DNA from: Erwinia persicina
Lineage (GTDB): Bacteria; Pseudomonadota; Gammaproteobacteria; Enterobacterales; Enterobacteriaceae
Assembly (NCBI RefSeq): GCF_014838825.1
Contig: NZ_JACYMO010000001.1
Coordinates: 432,566 to 456,565, forward strand
DNA: 24,000 bases
Direction of reading: 5' to 3'
Positions 8,448-17,634 of the stretch are shown here, in pieces. A program made the position numbers and the translations under genes. A model generated the notes under the pieces. That model worked only from the letters and a program-made list of their open reading frames with translations, did not search any database and was not told the origin of the DNA. Each line of letters opens with the position of its first letter. Within the stretch, counting starts at the first letter, position 1.

Positions 8448-10064
8448 TCAGTGTTTTAAAATATACAGGGTACGGCTGTAGGCGACATCTTCCGGGTTGG
8501 TGATGGGATAACCCTTCACATACGGCTTGATCAGCCGTCCGTTGGTGTACTGATAAATCGGCGCTATCGGGGCCTGTCCGGCGATAATCTGCTCCGCCCG
8601 GTTATAGTCGTCGTTACGCGCCTTGTCATTCGTCTGACGGCTGGCCTGGGCCAGCACGGCGTCGTACTCTGCACTATTGAAGCCGGAGATATTACCGCTG
8701 TGGGTGGAGGTAAGCAGGCTGAGGAAGGTGGACGGCTCATTATAATCCCCGACCCAGGACGCGCGGATCACATCAAAGTTGCCGCTGTTGCGGCTATCAA
8801 TATAGGTTTTCCACTCCTGGTTTTGCAGCTTCACGTCCACCCCGAGGTTTTTCTTCCACATTGAGGCGACGGCAATCGCAATTTTCTTGTGCGTCTCTGA
8901 GGTGTTATACAGCAGCGTGAGGTTAAGCGGATGGGTCGGCCCGTAACCCGCCGCGGCCAGCAGGGCTTTCGCCTGAGCGTTCAGCTCCTCCTGGCTGTGC
9001 TGCTGCATAAAGCTGGCTTTCGGCGTAAAGCCCGCCGTGACGTCAGGCGTGAAGTGCCAGGCCGGTTTTTCTCCGGTTCCCAGCACTTTTTCGGCAATAA
9101 TTTTGCGGTCGATGGACCAGGAGAGCGCCTGACGCACACGCACGTCAGCCGTTGGCCCTTTGCGGGTATTAAACGCATAGTAGTAGGTGCCCAACTGGTC
9201 AGGGGTGTAAACCTCACCGGGGATCTGTTTTTTCAGCAAGCCATACAGCTCTTTCGGGAACGATTCGGTGATATCAATATCCCCCGCTCGATAGCGCTTG
9301 GTGGCACTGGACTCTTCACTGATCGGCACATAGGTCACTTTGGTCAGCACCGTATGCGCGTTATCCCAGTAGTGCGAATTGCGAACCAGTACGACTTTCT
9401 CATTTACCACCCGGCTGTTCAGCTGGTAGGCACCGTTACCCACCAGATTACCCGGACGCGTCCACTGGTCGCCATAGGTGGCGATAACCTTTTCAGGTAC
9501 AGGGAACAGGCTGAAGTTAGCGGTGAGGCTGACAAAATACGGCACCGGCCTGTCGAGCGTGACCTGCAGATGGGTATCATCGATGGCGCTGACGCCCAGC
9601 TTGTCCGGGCTCATATCACCTTTAACGATGGCCCCGGCATTCTGTATGCCCGCCAGTTCAGCAAACCAGGCGAAGGTTGAAGTATTTTTGGGGTCGACCA
9701 GCCGCCGCCAGCTGTAAACAAAGTCCGCAGCAGTGACAGTGTCACCGTTTGACCAGCGGGCATCTTTGCGCAGCGTAAAGATCCAGGTCTTATTGTCGTT
9801 GGTCTGCCAGGTGGTAGCGACGCCCGGTACGATTTTTCCGCTGGCATCCTGATTGGTTAAGCCTTCAAAAAGGTCACGGATCACCGGGATCTCCGGCAGC
9901 CCCACCGCTTTTACCGGGTCGAGCGAGGCGGGTTCATCTTTAATGTGACGAACGATTTCCTGGCGCGCGGCCAGCGCAGTGCCCGCCGGAACATCGGCAG
10001 CGCGAGACGTGGAGACAATACACAGCGCCAGAGCGGCCAGCGCAAAAGAGGGGGATTTTCTCAT
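8448..10064 (-). CDS. mppA: Periplasmic murein tripeptide (L-Ala-gamma-D-Glu-meso-DAP) binding protein MppA (OppA paralogue)
   Basis: Starts MRKSPSF after an AAGGA SD and has a signal peptide. It is collinear with E. coli MppA/OppA (HIKDEPASLDPVKAVGLPEI..., ...EDVAYSRTLYILKH). I call it MppA rather than OppA because it sits next to mpaA and ycjG and no oppBCDF follows. Confidence 0.8.
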   Translation of the reverse strand: MRKSPSFALAALALCIVSTSRAADVPAGTALAARQEIVRHIKDEPASLDPVKAVGLPEIPVIRDLFEGLTNQDASGKIVPGVATTWQTNDNKTWIFTLRKDARWSNGDTVTAADFVYSWRRLVDPKNTSTFAWFAELAGIQNAGAIVKGDMSPDKLGVSAIDDTHLQVTLDRPVPYFVSLTANFSLFPVPEKVIATYGDQWTRPGNLVGNGAYQLNSRVVNEKVVLVRNSHYWDNAHTVLTKVTYVPISEESSATKRYRAGDIDITESFPKELYGLLKKQIPGEVYTPDQLGTYYYAFNTRKGPTADVRVRQALSWSIDRKIIAEKVLGTGEKPAWHFTPDVTAGFTPKASFMQQHSQEELNAQAKALLAAAGYGPTHPLNLTLLYNTSETHKKIAIAVASMWKKNLGVDVKLQNQEWKTYIDSRNSGNFDVIRASWVGDYNEPSTFLSLLTSTHSGNISGFNSAEYDAVLAQASRQTNDKARNDDYNRAEQIIAGQAPIAPIYQYTNGRLIKPYVKGYPITNPEDVAYSRTLYILKH

Positions 10065-10229
10065 TCCGGGATCCTTACCTGTCAGCAAAACTGCGGGATT
10101 TTCTTACTGCTGGCACTGTAACGCAAATGACATGCGGTGAAATAGTGTTTTTATTCAACACCCAGGCGATGTACCTTCCCGGGCAATATGCTAGTTTTAG
10201 CACAGAACAGTCTATCCGGAGCCCTGCCC

Positions 10230-10937
10230 ATGTCGTTATTCCACCCCCGCCCGCTGCGCGGTCGCCTTGATGCCCGCCCGCAACAGTACGGGCAGTCGGT
10301 GCTGGGTGCGCCACTGCTCTGGTTCCCGGCCCCGCTGGCCAGCAAGGACAGCGGGTTGATCCTGGCCGGAACGCACGGAGATGAAACTGCCGCCGTGGTG
10401 ACCCTCTCCTGCGCCATGCGCACGTTACAGGACAGTCATCGTCGTCATCACGTGGTGCTGGCGGTGAACCCCGATGGCTGTCAGCTTGGCCTGCGCGCCA
10501 ATGCCAGTGGGGTCGACCTTAACCGCAACTTTCCTGCTGCCAACTGGCAGCACGGTGAAACGGTGTACCGCTGGAACAGCGTGGCCGATGAGCGCGATGT
10601 GTTGCTCTCCACCGGGGAACATGCCGGTTCAGAGCCGGAAACGGCGGCGCTGTGCCAGCTGATCCACCGGCTGTCCCCTGCCTGGATTGTCACGTTCCAT
10701 GAGCCGCTGGCCTGTATCGAAGACCCTGATAGCAGTCCGCTGGGTCACTGGCTGGCGGCAAAAACCGGCCTGCCGCTGGTCAGCAGCGTCGGCTATGCCA
10801 CGCCGGGTTCGTTTGGCAGCTGGTGTGCGGATATCAGCCTGCCCTGCATTACGGCGGAATTCCCGCCAGTGGCCGCCGATGAGGCCAGCGAACGCTATCT
10901 CGGGGCGCTGGTCGATTTACTCTACTGGCAGCCGTGA
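10230..10937 (+). CDS. mpaA: Murein peptide amidase A (gamma-D-Glu-DAP zinc carboxypeptidase)
   Basis: ATG at 10230 after a GGAG SD. LILAGTHGDE, DLNRNFP, GSEPET and TFHEPL are the M14-family zinc and catalytic motifs. It is collinear with E. coli MpaA as I recall it. Confidence 0.9.
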   Translation: MSLFHPRPLRGRLDARPQQYGQSVLGAPLLWFPAPLASKDSGLILAGTHGDETAAVVTLSCAMRTLQDSHRRHHVVLAVNPDGCQLGLRANASGVDLNRNFPAANWQHGETVYRWNSVADERDVLLSTGEHAGSEPETAALCQLIHRLSPAWIVTFHEPLACIEDPDSSPLGHWLAAKTGLPLVSSVGYATPGSFGSWCADISLPCITAEFPPVAADEASERYLGALVDLLYWQP

Positions 10938-11900
10938 CAGCTCGATGCGCCCGCAGCTGAACGGCAGGGCGGGTTCCGCATCCACCGCCAGCCAGGTCGG
11001 GCCATCAAGATCGATAAAACGCGCCTGCGGCACCAGCGGTAACGCTGCGCGAATGGCGCGTGAGGTGCACAGCATACAGCCAAGCATGATGCCAAACCCC
11101 TGGTCTGCTGCGGCCTGCGCCAGCGTCAGCGCGGCCGTCAGACCGCCGGTTTTGTCCAGTTTGATATTCACCATCTCATAGCGTCCGCGCAGCGCCGGCA
11201 GGCTTTCTACGGTGTGGCAGCTTTCATCCGCACAAATGGGCAGCGGATGAATGAAGTTTTCCAGCGCCGCGTCTTCCCCGGCAGGGAGTGGCTGTTCCAG
11301 CATCGCGACGCCAAGATCGGCCAGCAGCTGACAGCGCGCTGCCAGCCCTTCGCTCTGCCAGGACTCGTTGGCATCGACGATCAGCGTTGCCTCCGGCACC
11401 GCACTGCGGATGGCCACAAGACGTTCGGTGATCAGATGATGATCCAGTTTTATTTTCAGCAGCCGCGCACCATTCTCCCACAGCGCCAGCGCGCTGCTGG
11501 CCATCATCTCCGGGCCGTCGATACTGACGGTTTGTGCAATCTCAATCAGCGCCGGTGCCTGCTGTGAGGTCAGCTGCCACAGATTCTGGCCATCGCGGGC
11601 CACCTCAAGGCCCCACAGGGCACTGTCGATAGCATTGCGTGCTGCTCCGGCGGGCAGCCGCTGCTGCAGCTCTTCTCGCGTCAGCCCCTGCTCCAGCGCT
11701 GGCAGCAGCGCGCTGATTTGCGCCAGCACAGAATCCTCACTCTCGCCGTAGCGTGGATACGGGGTACATTCCCCCACCGCTTTGATACCGTTCTCTTCCA
11801 GCTCAACCACCACCACGCCCGCGTCACTGCGGGCACCGCGTGCGATCACAAACGGCGAATGTAACGGCCAGTTTTCCGGCCAGGCTTTTACCGATCTCAT
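10917..11900 (-). CDS. ycjG: L-Ala-D/L-Glu epimerase (enolase superfamily)
   Basis: Starts MRSVKAWPENWPLHSPFVIARG after a GAAGGA SD. It is near-collinear with E. coli YcjG, including KIKLD, IVDANESW, LEQP and CADES. The 3' end overlaps mpaA by 21 nt. Confidence 0.9.
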   Translation of the reverse strand: MRSVKAWPENWPLHSPFVIARGARSDAGVVVVELEENGIKAVGECTPYPRYGESEDSVLAQISALLPALEQGLTREELQQRLPAGAARNAIDSALWGLEVARDGQNLWQLTSQQAPALIEIAQTVSIDGPEMMASSALALWENGARLLKIKLDHHLITERLVAIRSAVPEATLIVDANESWQSEGLAARCQLLADLGVAMLEQPLPAGEDAALENFIHPLPICADESCHTVESLPALRGRYEMVNIKLDKTGGLTAALTLAQAAADQGFGIMLGCMLCTSRAIRAALPLVPQARFIDLDGPTWLAVDAEPALPFSCGRIELSRLPVE

Positions 11901-12019
11901 GCTCAAATCCTTCAATTGGTTTGGCGGGCGCATATTATGTCGTATTTATACTGTCTCACTGCTTCAGCATGGCATACACTGAAGCAGGTTAAACACCATT
12001 AACATTAAAAGGATAGATT

Positions 12020-12523
12020 ATGTCTCAGACCGTACATTTCCAGGGCAACCCGGTTTCCGTTGACGGGCAACTGCCAGCACCGGGCCAGGCGGCAAAACCG
12101 TTCACCCTGGTGGCCAAAGATCTCTCCGATGTCTCTCTGTCCCACTATGCGGGCAAACGTAAAGTCCTGAACATTTTCCCCAGCATCGATACCGGCGTAT
12201 GCGCCACCTCCGTGCGCAAGTTTAATCAGCGCGCCGGTGAAGTGGATAATGCCGTGGTGCTGTGTATTTCTGCCGATCTGCCGTTTGCCCAGTCACGCTT
12301 CTGCGGCTCTGATGGCCTGAGCAACGTGGTGACGCTCTCTACCCTGCGCGGCAGCGAGTTCAAAAAAGACTACGGTGTTGCTATTGTTGACGGCCCACTG
12401 ACCGGCCTGACGGCGCGTGCCGTAGTGGTGCTGGATGAGCAGGATAAAGTTATTTACAGCCAGCTGGTGAATGAAATTACCACTGAACCGGATTACGATG
12501 CCGCTCTGGCATCCCTGAAGTAA
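12020..12523 (+). CDS. tpx: Thiol peroxidase (atypical 2-Cys peroxiredoxin)
   Basis: 167 aa, [12 protein letters not shown]...[10 protein letters not shown]...[12 protein letters not shown], with high identity to my recollection of E. coli Tpx. AAAGGA SD upstream. Confidence 0.95.
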   Translation: MSQTVHFQGNPVSVDGQLPAPGQAAKPFTLVAKDLSDVSLSHYAGKRKVLNIFPSIDTGVCATSVRKFNQRAGEVDNAVVLCISADLPFAQSRFCGSDGLSNVVTLSTLRGSEFKKDYGVAIVDGPLTGLTARAVVVLDEQDKVIYSQLVNEITTEPDYDAALASLK

Positions 12524-12529
12524 CGTCCA

Positions 12530-12555
12530 GGGCAGACTGCTTTCGCAGTCTGCCC
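12530..12555. terminator. GC-rich hairpin between convergent tpx and tyrR (probable bidirectional terminator)
   Basis: GGGCAGACTGC-TTTC-GCAGTCTGCCC, an 11-bp perfect stem. There is no clear U-tract on either side, so efficiency is uncertain. Confidence 0.6.
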
Positions 12556-12578
12556 CCTGTCAGCCCTTCTGCCGATCG

Positions 12579-14144
12579 CTAATCCGCCTCGGTTTTTTTC
12601 TGACTCAATCCATACTCACGCAGCTTATTGGCAATCGCCGTATGGGATACGCCAAGGCGTTTTGCCAGCTTTCGCGTACTGGGATACGACAGATAGAGCC
12701 GGGTCAGCACCGACCGCTCAAAACGACTGGTGATATCGTCCAGCGATCCCTCTATTGCGTCATCAGCCAGCGGCATCTCCATTGCATATTCCGGCAGGAC
12801 GATATCCTGAGGACGCAGCTCATAACCATCCAGCTGTGTCAGTGCGCGATAAAGGGCATTTTTCAGCTGACGCACGTTACCCGGCCACGTATAGCGGGTA
12901 AGGAAGGCGTTAAGCTGGGCAGACAGTTTCGGACGGGATACGCCCTGCTCATCGGCAAAGCGCGCCACAAACATTTCGGTCAGCGGCAGAATATCCTGCG
13001 GACGGTCGCGCAGCGGCGGCAGGTTCAGCGTCAGAACGTTCAGACGGTAGAACAGGTCCTCACGGAACTCCCCGCGCTGCACCAGTTCCATCAGGTTTTT
13101 CTGCGTGGCGCAGATCACCCTGACATTAACATGCACTTCGTGCTCTTCGCCCACCCGACGGAAGGTACCGTCGTTAAGGAAGCGCAGCAGCTTGGTCTGC
13201 ATGCGGGGCGACATTTCGCCGATCTCATCCAACAGCACTGACCCGCCGCTGGCCTGTTCGAAGAAGCCCTTTTTGCCTTCCAGCGCGTTCGGATAGGCTC
13301 CGGCCGCATGGCCAAACAGTTCACTTTCCGCGACATCATCCGGCAGCGAGGCACAGTTCAGCGCCAGGAATGGTTTTTTACCCCGAGCGCTGCGCAGATG
13401 GCAGGCCCGCGCCAGCATGTCTTTGCCGGTGCCGGTATCCCCGACGATCAGTAGCGGTGCATCCAGCATCGCCAGCTTGCGCGCCTGGTCCACCACCTGA
13501 CGCATTTTCGTGCTGACGGCAACAATATGCTGGAATTCACTGTCGTCGTTCACCGCCAGGTTCTGCAACTGTTGTCCCATACGGGCGGTGGACTTGAGCA
13601 GCACCACGCCGCCAACGGGATTAGGCACTGCGCCCTCTTCTTCCTCCGCATAGATCGGGGTGACCTCCATCAGGAAGTCGCGGCCCTGAAGCACAACGTG
13701 GTGGGCTTCGGGTGCGATCCGCTCGCTTTCCAGCCAGCGCTGGAAGTTAAACCCGCTGATCAGCGATCCGGCGCTGTAGTTCCGCATTTTCTCTTCATTG
13801 AGCGCGAAAAGGCTTTGTGCCGCCGGGTTAGCCAGCTCAACTTTACTTTTCAGATCAATGGAAAATACCGGGTCCGGCAGCGCCACCAGCAGTGCGCTCA
13901 GGGCGCGGTGTTCGCGCTCGGAAGGCAGGAAGGAGACGGTACGTACGTCAGTCACGCCGGGGATCCGGCGGATCTCCGCCATCAGCTGGCTGAACTGCTC
14001 AAAACTGATGGTGGAGAAATTAAGATAGATGCGGCCAATGGCGGCAATTTCGATACCGCGCAGATCGATGCGGCGTTCAACCAGCAGATCCAGTAGTTCG
14101 CGGGTCAGGCCGATTCGGTCCTGGCAAAAGACTTCAAGACGCAT
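12579..14144 (-). CDS. tyrR: Aromatic amino acid regulator TyrR (ACT-PAS-AAA+-HTH)
   Basis: 521 aa, MRLEVFCQDRIGLTRELLDLL..., Walker A GDTGTGKD, and a C-terminal HTH STRKLAKRLGVSHTAIANKLREYGL. Collinear with E. coli TyrR. Confidence 0.95.
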   Translation of the reverse strand: MRLEVFCQDRIGLTRELLDLLVERRIDLRGIEIAAIGRIYLNFSTISFEQFSQLMAEIRRIPGVTDVRTVSFLPSEREHRALSALLVALPDPVFSIDLKSKVELANPAAQSLFALNEEKMRNYSAGSLISGFNFQRWLESERIAPEAHHVVLQGRDFLMEVTPIYAEEEEGAVPNPVGGVVLLKSTARMGQQLQNLAVNDDSEFQHIVAVSTKMRQVVDQARKLAMLDAPLLIVGDTGTGKDMLARACHLRSARGKKPFLALNCASLPDDVAESELFGHAAGAYPNALEGKKGFFEQASGGSVLLDEIGEMSPRMQTKLLRFLNDGTFRRVGEEHEVHVNVRVICATQKNLMELVQRGEFREDLFYRLNVLTLNLPPLRDRPQDILPLTEMFVARFADEQGVSRPKLSAQLNAFLTRYTWPGNVRQLKNALYRALTQLDGYELRPQDIVLPEYAMEMPLADDAIEGSLDDITSRFERSVLTRLYLSYPSTRKLAKRLGVSHTAIANKLREYGLSQKKTEAD

Positions 14145-14221
14145 GCGTTTTAACCTTTATTATCACCGTGCGGAGCGTATTGATGGATAATACGCTATCC
14201 CTCGCCAGCCCAGAAGTGTTG

Positions 14222-14239
14222 TGTCATGAAAAGTTGACA
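14222..14239 (-). promoter_or_regulatory. Candidate TyrR box upstream of tyrR (autoregulation)
   Basis: TGTCAA-CTTTTC-ATGACA matches the TGTAAA-N6-TTTACA consensus at 9/12 with correct spacing and symmetry. It lies about 80-95 nt upstream of the tyrR ATG. Confidence 0.5.
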
Positions 14240-14245
14240 GTCTGT

Positions 14246-15301
14246 TTAACTCTCCTTCTTACCGTTACCTTGTACGCTCTCTTTTAACTGCCCTATCAGC
14301 TCACGGCGGAAATCACCAAGGCGGGGTTTATCCCCTTCCAGCCACGGCAGCGGGCGGCACAGTTCCATGGCTTTAATTCCCAGGCGGGCGGTCAGCAGAC
14401 CGGCCCCGATCCCCTGGGCGGCGCGGGTGGAAAGTCGGGCGGCAAGATCCTGTGACATCCAGTCCATGCCCACTTCACGGACCAGCTCTGACGCGCCGGC
14501 AAACGCGATGTTCAGCAGGACCAGACGGAACAGTCGCAGGCGGCTGAAATAGCCCAGTTCAATGCCGTAGAGGGCGGCGATACGGTTCACCAGACGCAGG
14601 TTACGCCAGGCTATAAAGGCCATATCGACCAGCGCCAGCGGGCTGACGGCGATCATCAGCGTAGATTCAGCGGCATAGCGGCTGATTTCGCGGCGGGCCT
14701 GCCGATCCAGTACCGGCTGCACCAGTTGGGCGTACAGCTCGACGACCTCGCGATCGTTTTGGGTTTCATGCAGTGAGGCGTGCCAGCGCTGCAGCGCCGG
14801 ATGCCCGGACGCCAGCCCCGCCTGCTGTGCCAGCTTTTCACAAAAGGCTCTGCCCTGGCCGCTACCGTGGCTGGCCAGCAGCTCACGCGCCACATCGCGC
14901 TCTTCCGCACGTTCACGCAGTCGATACAGACGTCGCCATTCACCGATCAGCGATCCGGTCCCTGCCGCGACAATCAACCCGCCCGCCACGCTGCCGCCGA
15001 GGCCGATCCAGTCCTGGGTGATCCATGCCTGGTGTGCCCACTGTACGCCCTGAGCAACAACGCTGACACCAAACAGACCCAGACCCGCCATCACCATCTT
15101 GCGCCACAGGCTGCGTTTAGGCCGCAGTGCGGCTTCCACCGCCAGCTCACCGGGTCCTTCAGGTTCTACGTCCTGCGCCGGATCAGCGGCGACAAACTGA
15201 TCCTGACGATCGGCAAACGCCTTTGACGGACGCAGGATCGGAACCGGTTCATCACTCAGCGGCTGGGCAAAATCGATACGCGGTTTAATCGGTGCGGTCA
15301 T
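14246..15301 (-). CDS. ycjF: UPF0283 inner-membrane protein YcjF
   Basis: 351 aa with a soluble N-terminal region followed by TM segments, and overall similarity to E. coli YcjF. Its start overlaps the ycjX stop (ATGA), implying translational coupling. Confidence 0.85.
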   Translation of the reverse strand: MTAPIKPRIDFAQPLSDEPVPILRPSKAFADRQDQFVAADPAQDVEPEGPGELAVEAALRPKRSLWRKMVMAGLGLFGVSVVAQGVQWAHQAWITQDWIGLGGSVAGGLIVAAGTGSLIGEWRRLYRLRERAEERDVARELLASHGSGQGRAFCEKLAQQAGLASGHPALQRWHASLHETQNDREVVELYAQLVQPVLDRQARREISRYAAESTLMIAVSPLALVDMAFIAWRNLRLVNRIAALYGIELGYFSRLRLFRLVLLNIAFAGASELVREVGMDWMSQDLAARLSTRAAQGIGAGLLTARLGIKAMELCRPLPWLEGDKPRLGDFRRELIGQLKESVQGNGKKES

Positions 15302-16704
15302 CGCAGTTTATCTCCCAGAAGAAATTCCAGCGCCGCGTCCATCCGGATATGCGGCAGTGGCCGGTCAACATCCAGATCCTGCGGGCGGAACTGTTCAAAA
15401 TGAAACCCCTGATCCTGCCAGAAGGCGCTGCCCGGCAGACGCGGCGGGACTTCGCCCGGATAGACGGTCAGCGGGGTGTTGTCGGTCAGACGGTGGCCGC
15501 GCAGGGCCGGGATACTCTCACCCTGATGTTCGACGTGGCCGCTCTGTGTGGCCTGTACCGAGGCCAGCCCGACGCATTCCATCCTGATCCCTTCAAACGC
15601 GGCGTTCTGCCAGGCGTCCTGCACCAGTTGCTGGAGCAGCGACACCAGATTGGCGTGCTGGTCGGCGGTGACATGATCGGATTTGGTCGCCGCAAACAGC
15701 AGCTTGTCGATGACCGGAGAAAACAGCCGGCGGAACAGGGTGCGCTGGCCGTACGAAAAACTCTGCATCAGCTGCGTCAGCGCCAGGCGCATGTCGTTAA
15801 ACGCCTGCGGCCCGCTGTTGAGCGGCTGCAGGCAATCCACCAGAACAATCTGACGGTCGAAGCGCAGGAAGTGATTTTTATAAAAGTCCTTCACCACGTG
15901 CTGGCAGTAGAACTGATAGCGGGCACGCAGCATGCCGATATTGCTGGCGGCATCCCCCTGGGCCAGGCGGGTTTCGCCCCCTTCCGCTATTTCGGGCCAC
16001 GGGAAAAATTGCAGCGCCGGGGCACCGGCCATTTCACCCGGCAGCACAAAGCGGCCGGGTTGGATAAAGTGCAGTCCCTCCTGTTTACAGCGCTGCAGGT
16101 AGTCGGTCCAGGCGGCGGCGATCTCGGCCAGGCGGTTTTCATCGGCGGGCGCCAGCGGGTCAAGGCCCTCACACAGCTGACGCCAGCGCTGTGCCCACTC
16201 CGCGCGATCGCCCTGCAGCAGGCCGGTCATCTGCCGTGACCAGCTGAGGTAATCCTGTTCCAGCATCGGCAGGTCGAGCAGCCATTCACCGGGATAGTCG
16301 ACGATTTCCAGATAAAGCGTGGAGGTTTCTTTAAAATGGCGCAGCAGGGAGGCCTGCGAACGGTAGCGTAACGCCAGGCGCATTTCGCTCACGCCCCGGG
16401 TGGGGGTCGGCCAGTCTGGCGGCGTGCCGTACAGCTGCGCCACGCCTTCATCATAGGTAAAACGCGGGATGCCAAGATCGCGCTGTGGCACACGTTTGAC
16501 GCCCAGCAGGCGCTGCTCGCGCACCGCAGAGAACATGGGCAGACGCGCACCGGAATTGACGTTAAGTAGTTGGTTAACCAGGGAGGTGATAAAAGCGGTC
16601 TTGCCGCTGCGGCTCAATCCGGTCACCGCCAGGCGCAGATGGCGATCCGCGCCGCGATTCACCAGCGACAGCAATTCATGTTGTAGTCGTTTCATCTGTG
16701 GCAT
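15298..16704 (-). CDS. ycjX: YcjX-family P-loop NTPase
   Basis: [43 protein letters not shown] matches the E. coli YcjX N-terminus, including the Walker A GLSRSGKT. The start is ambiguous between ATG 16704 (AAGG SD 5 nt upstream), ATG 16695 (aligned with the E. coli start) and GTG 16710. Confidence 0.85.
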   Translation of the reverse strand: MPQMKRLQHELLSLVNRGADRHLRLAVTGLSRSGKTAFITSLVNQLLNVNSGARLPMFSAVREQRLLGVKRVPQRDLGIPRFTYDEGVAQLYGTPPDWPTPTRGVSEMRLALRYRSQASLLRHFKETSTLYLEIVDYPGEWLLDLPMLEQDYLSWSRQMTGLLQGDRAEWAQRWRQLCEGLDPLAPADENRLAEIAAAWTDYLQRCKQEGLHFIQPGRFVLPGEMAGAPALQFFPWPEIAEGGETRLAQGDAASNIGMLRARYQFYCQHVVKDFYKNHFLRFDRQIVLVDCLQPLNSGPQAFNDMRLALTQLMQSFSYGQRTLFRRLFSPVIDKLLFAATKSDHVTADQHANLVSLLQQLVQDAWQNAAFEGIRMECVGLASVQATQSGHVEHQGESIPALRGHRLTDNTPLTVYPGEVPPRLPGSAFWQDQGFHFEQFRPQDLDVDRPLPHIRMDAALEFLLGDKLR

Positions 16705-16765
16705 TGGCACCTTATCGTTAATATTCCTTATCGTAACATCCTCCTGCCATTGCCGCTTCTTTGAC

Positions 16766-16978
16766 TCAGGGCGCGGGTTTTACCCAGCGCGCGGCGGCCC
16801 GGCGCATCACGCGTTTAAACAGGGGCTCAAGCGCCCAGGCCAACAGGATTTTTAACGGCCTGCGGGCGACGGACTTCACCGCCCAACCGCTTAACCCTGC
16901 CGGACCATAAGTGAGCGCGTTGATAAGGACAAATTTACCGGCCTTTTTCAGGCGCGGGTGGGGCTGCCAGTTTCTCAT
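16766..16978 (-). CDS. pspD: Phage shock protein D
   Basis: Taking the internal ATG after an AGGAG SD gives a 70-aa product. MRNWQPH...[40 protein letters not shown] matches E. coli PspD ([36 protein letters not shown]). The tracked 101-aa start overlaps pspC and is unlikely. Confidence 0.85.
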   Translation of the reverse strand: MRNWQPHPRLKKAGKFVLINALTYGPAGLSGWAVKSVARRPLKILLAWALEPLFKRVMRRAAARWVKPAP

Positions 16979-17006
16979 TGATTCACTCCTGAAAAAGCAC
17001 CGTAGA

Positions 17007-17354
17007 TTACAGCTGGCTGAACCGGCTGCGTACGCTAAAGGTTTCTGAGGTGACATAACGCTCCACCTCACGCAATTCCCGTTCGCCGCCGTTCAGCTCT
17101 GCGCTTAATTCATCCAGCAGCTGTCGCGCACTGAGCGGTTTATCACGCCCCTGTTCGCTGGCCGGCAAGTCCGGCAGCAGCATCGCCAGCAGGAAGTAGC
17201 CGACGATAGTCAGGACAAAGAGGCCGAAAAACATCGACATCACCACGATAACGCGGACCAGCATGACCGGCACACCCAGGTATTCGGCAATCCCGGCACA
17301 GACGCCTTTGAGCTTTCCCTGCTCCGGGATGCAGTACAGTTTCTTCTGAATCAT
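17007..17354 (-). CDS. pspC: Phage shock protein C (envelope stress sensor/activator)
   Basis: 115 aa. [22 protein letters not shown] is the PspC domain, and the C-terminal [24 protein letters not shown] matches E. coli PspC. ATGA overlap with pspB. Confidence 0.9.
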   Translation of the reverse strand: MIQKKLYCIPEQGKLKGVCAGIAEYLGVPVMLVRVIVVMSMFFGLFVLTIVGYFLLAMLLPDLPASEQGRDKPLSARQLLDELSAELNGGERELREVERYVTSETFSVRSRFSQL

Positions 17355-17578
17355 GGCTGCCTCCAGTGAGGATGCTCGGCATCGAGGATGGCTTCCAGCG
17401 CCTGGATACGTTCACGCATTTTACGCGCGTCCTGGGTCAGCTGTTGCAGACGCTGCAGTTCATTCTGCGTCAGTTCCGCCCCACCATTCTGGCGTTTTGT
17501 GTAATGCAGCCAGAGCCAGATCGGCGCGACAAACAGCAGAAACAACGTCAGGGGTATGGCAATAATGAAGACACTCAT
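17351..17578 (-). CDS. pspB: Phage shock protein B
   Basis: 75 aa. PIWLWLHY...RMRERIQALEAILDAEHPHWR closely matches E. coli PspB. AAGGAA SD upstream. Confidence 0.9.
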   Translation of the reverse strand: MSVFIIAIPLTLFLLFVAPIWLWLHYTKRQNGGAELTQNELQRLQQLTQDARKMRERIQALEAILDAEHPHWRQP

Positions 17579-17609
17579 TCACGTTCCTTGAAAGTTAATC
17601 TTAGCGATG

Positions 17610-17629
17610 CCGGCCACCGCCGTGGCCAG
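17610..17629 (-). other. Intercistronic stem-loop between pspA and pspB
   Basis: Minus strand reads CTGGCCAC-GGCG-GTGGCCGG (8 bp including one G.U) with no U-tract, 5 nt after the pspA stop. A position like this could uncouple pspA from pspBCD mRNA levels. Confidence 0.5.
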
Positions 17630-17634
17630 CTCCG

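Noticed and set aside
12579-14245. Whether TyrR, which has a sigma-54 activator-like AAA+ domain, is paired with a local sigma-54 promoter.
   Set aside because: No TGGCAC-N5-TTGC motif occurs near tyrR, tpx or ycjF. From established knowledge, TyrR acts on sigma-70 promoters and lacks the GAFTGA sigma-54 contact loop. The only credible sigma-54 promoter in the window is that of pspA.
16735-16755. AGGAGGATG in the pspD-ycjX spacer (minus strand) as a possible mini-ORF start.
   Set aside because: The SD abuts the ATG with no spacing, and the frame stops after 3 codons (MLR*). It is not a plausible gene.
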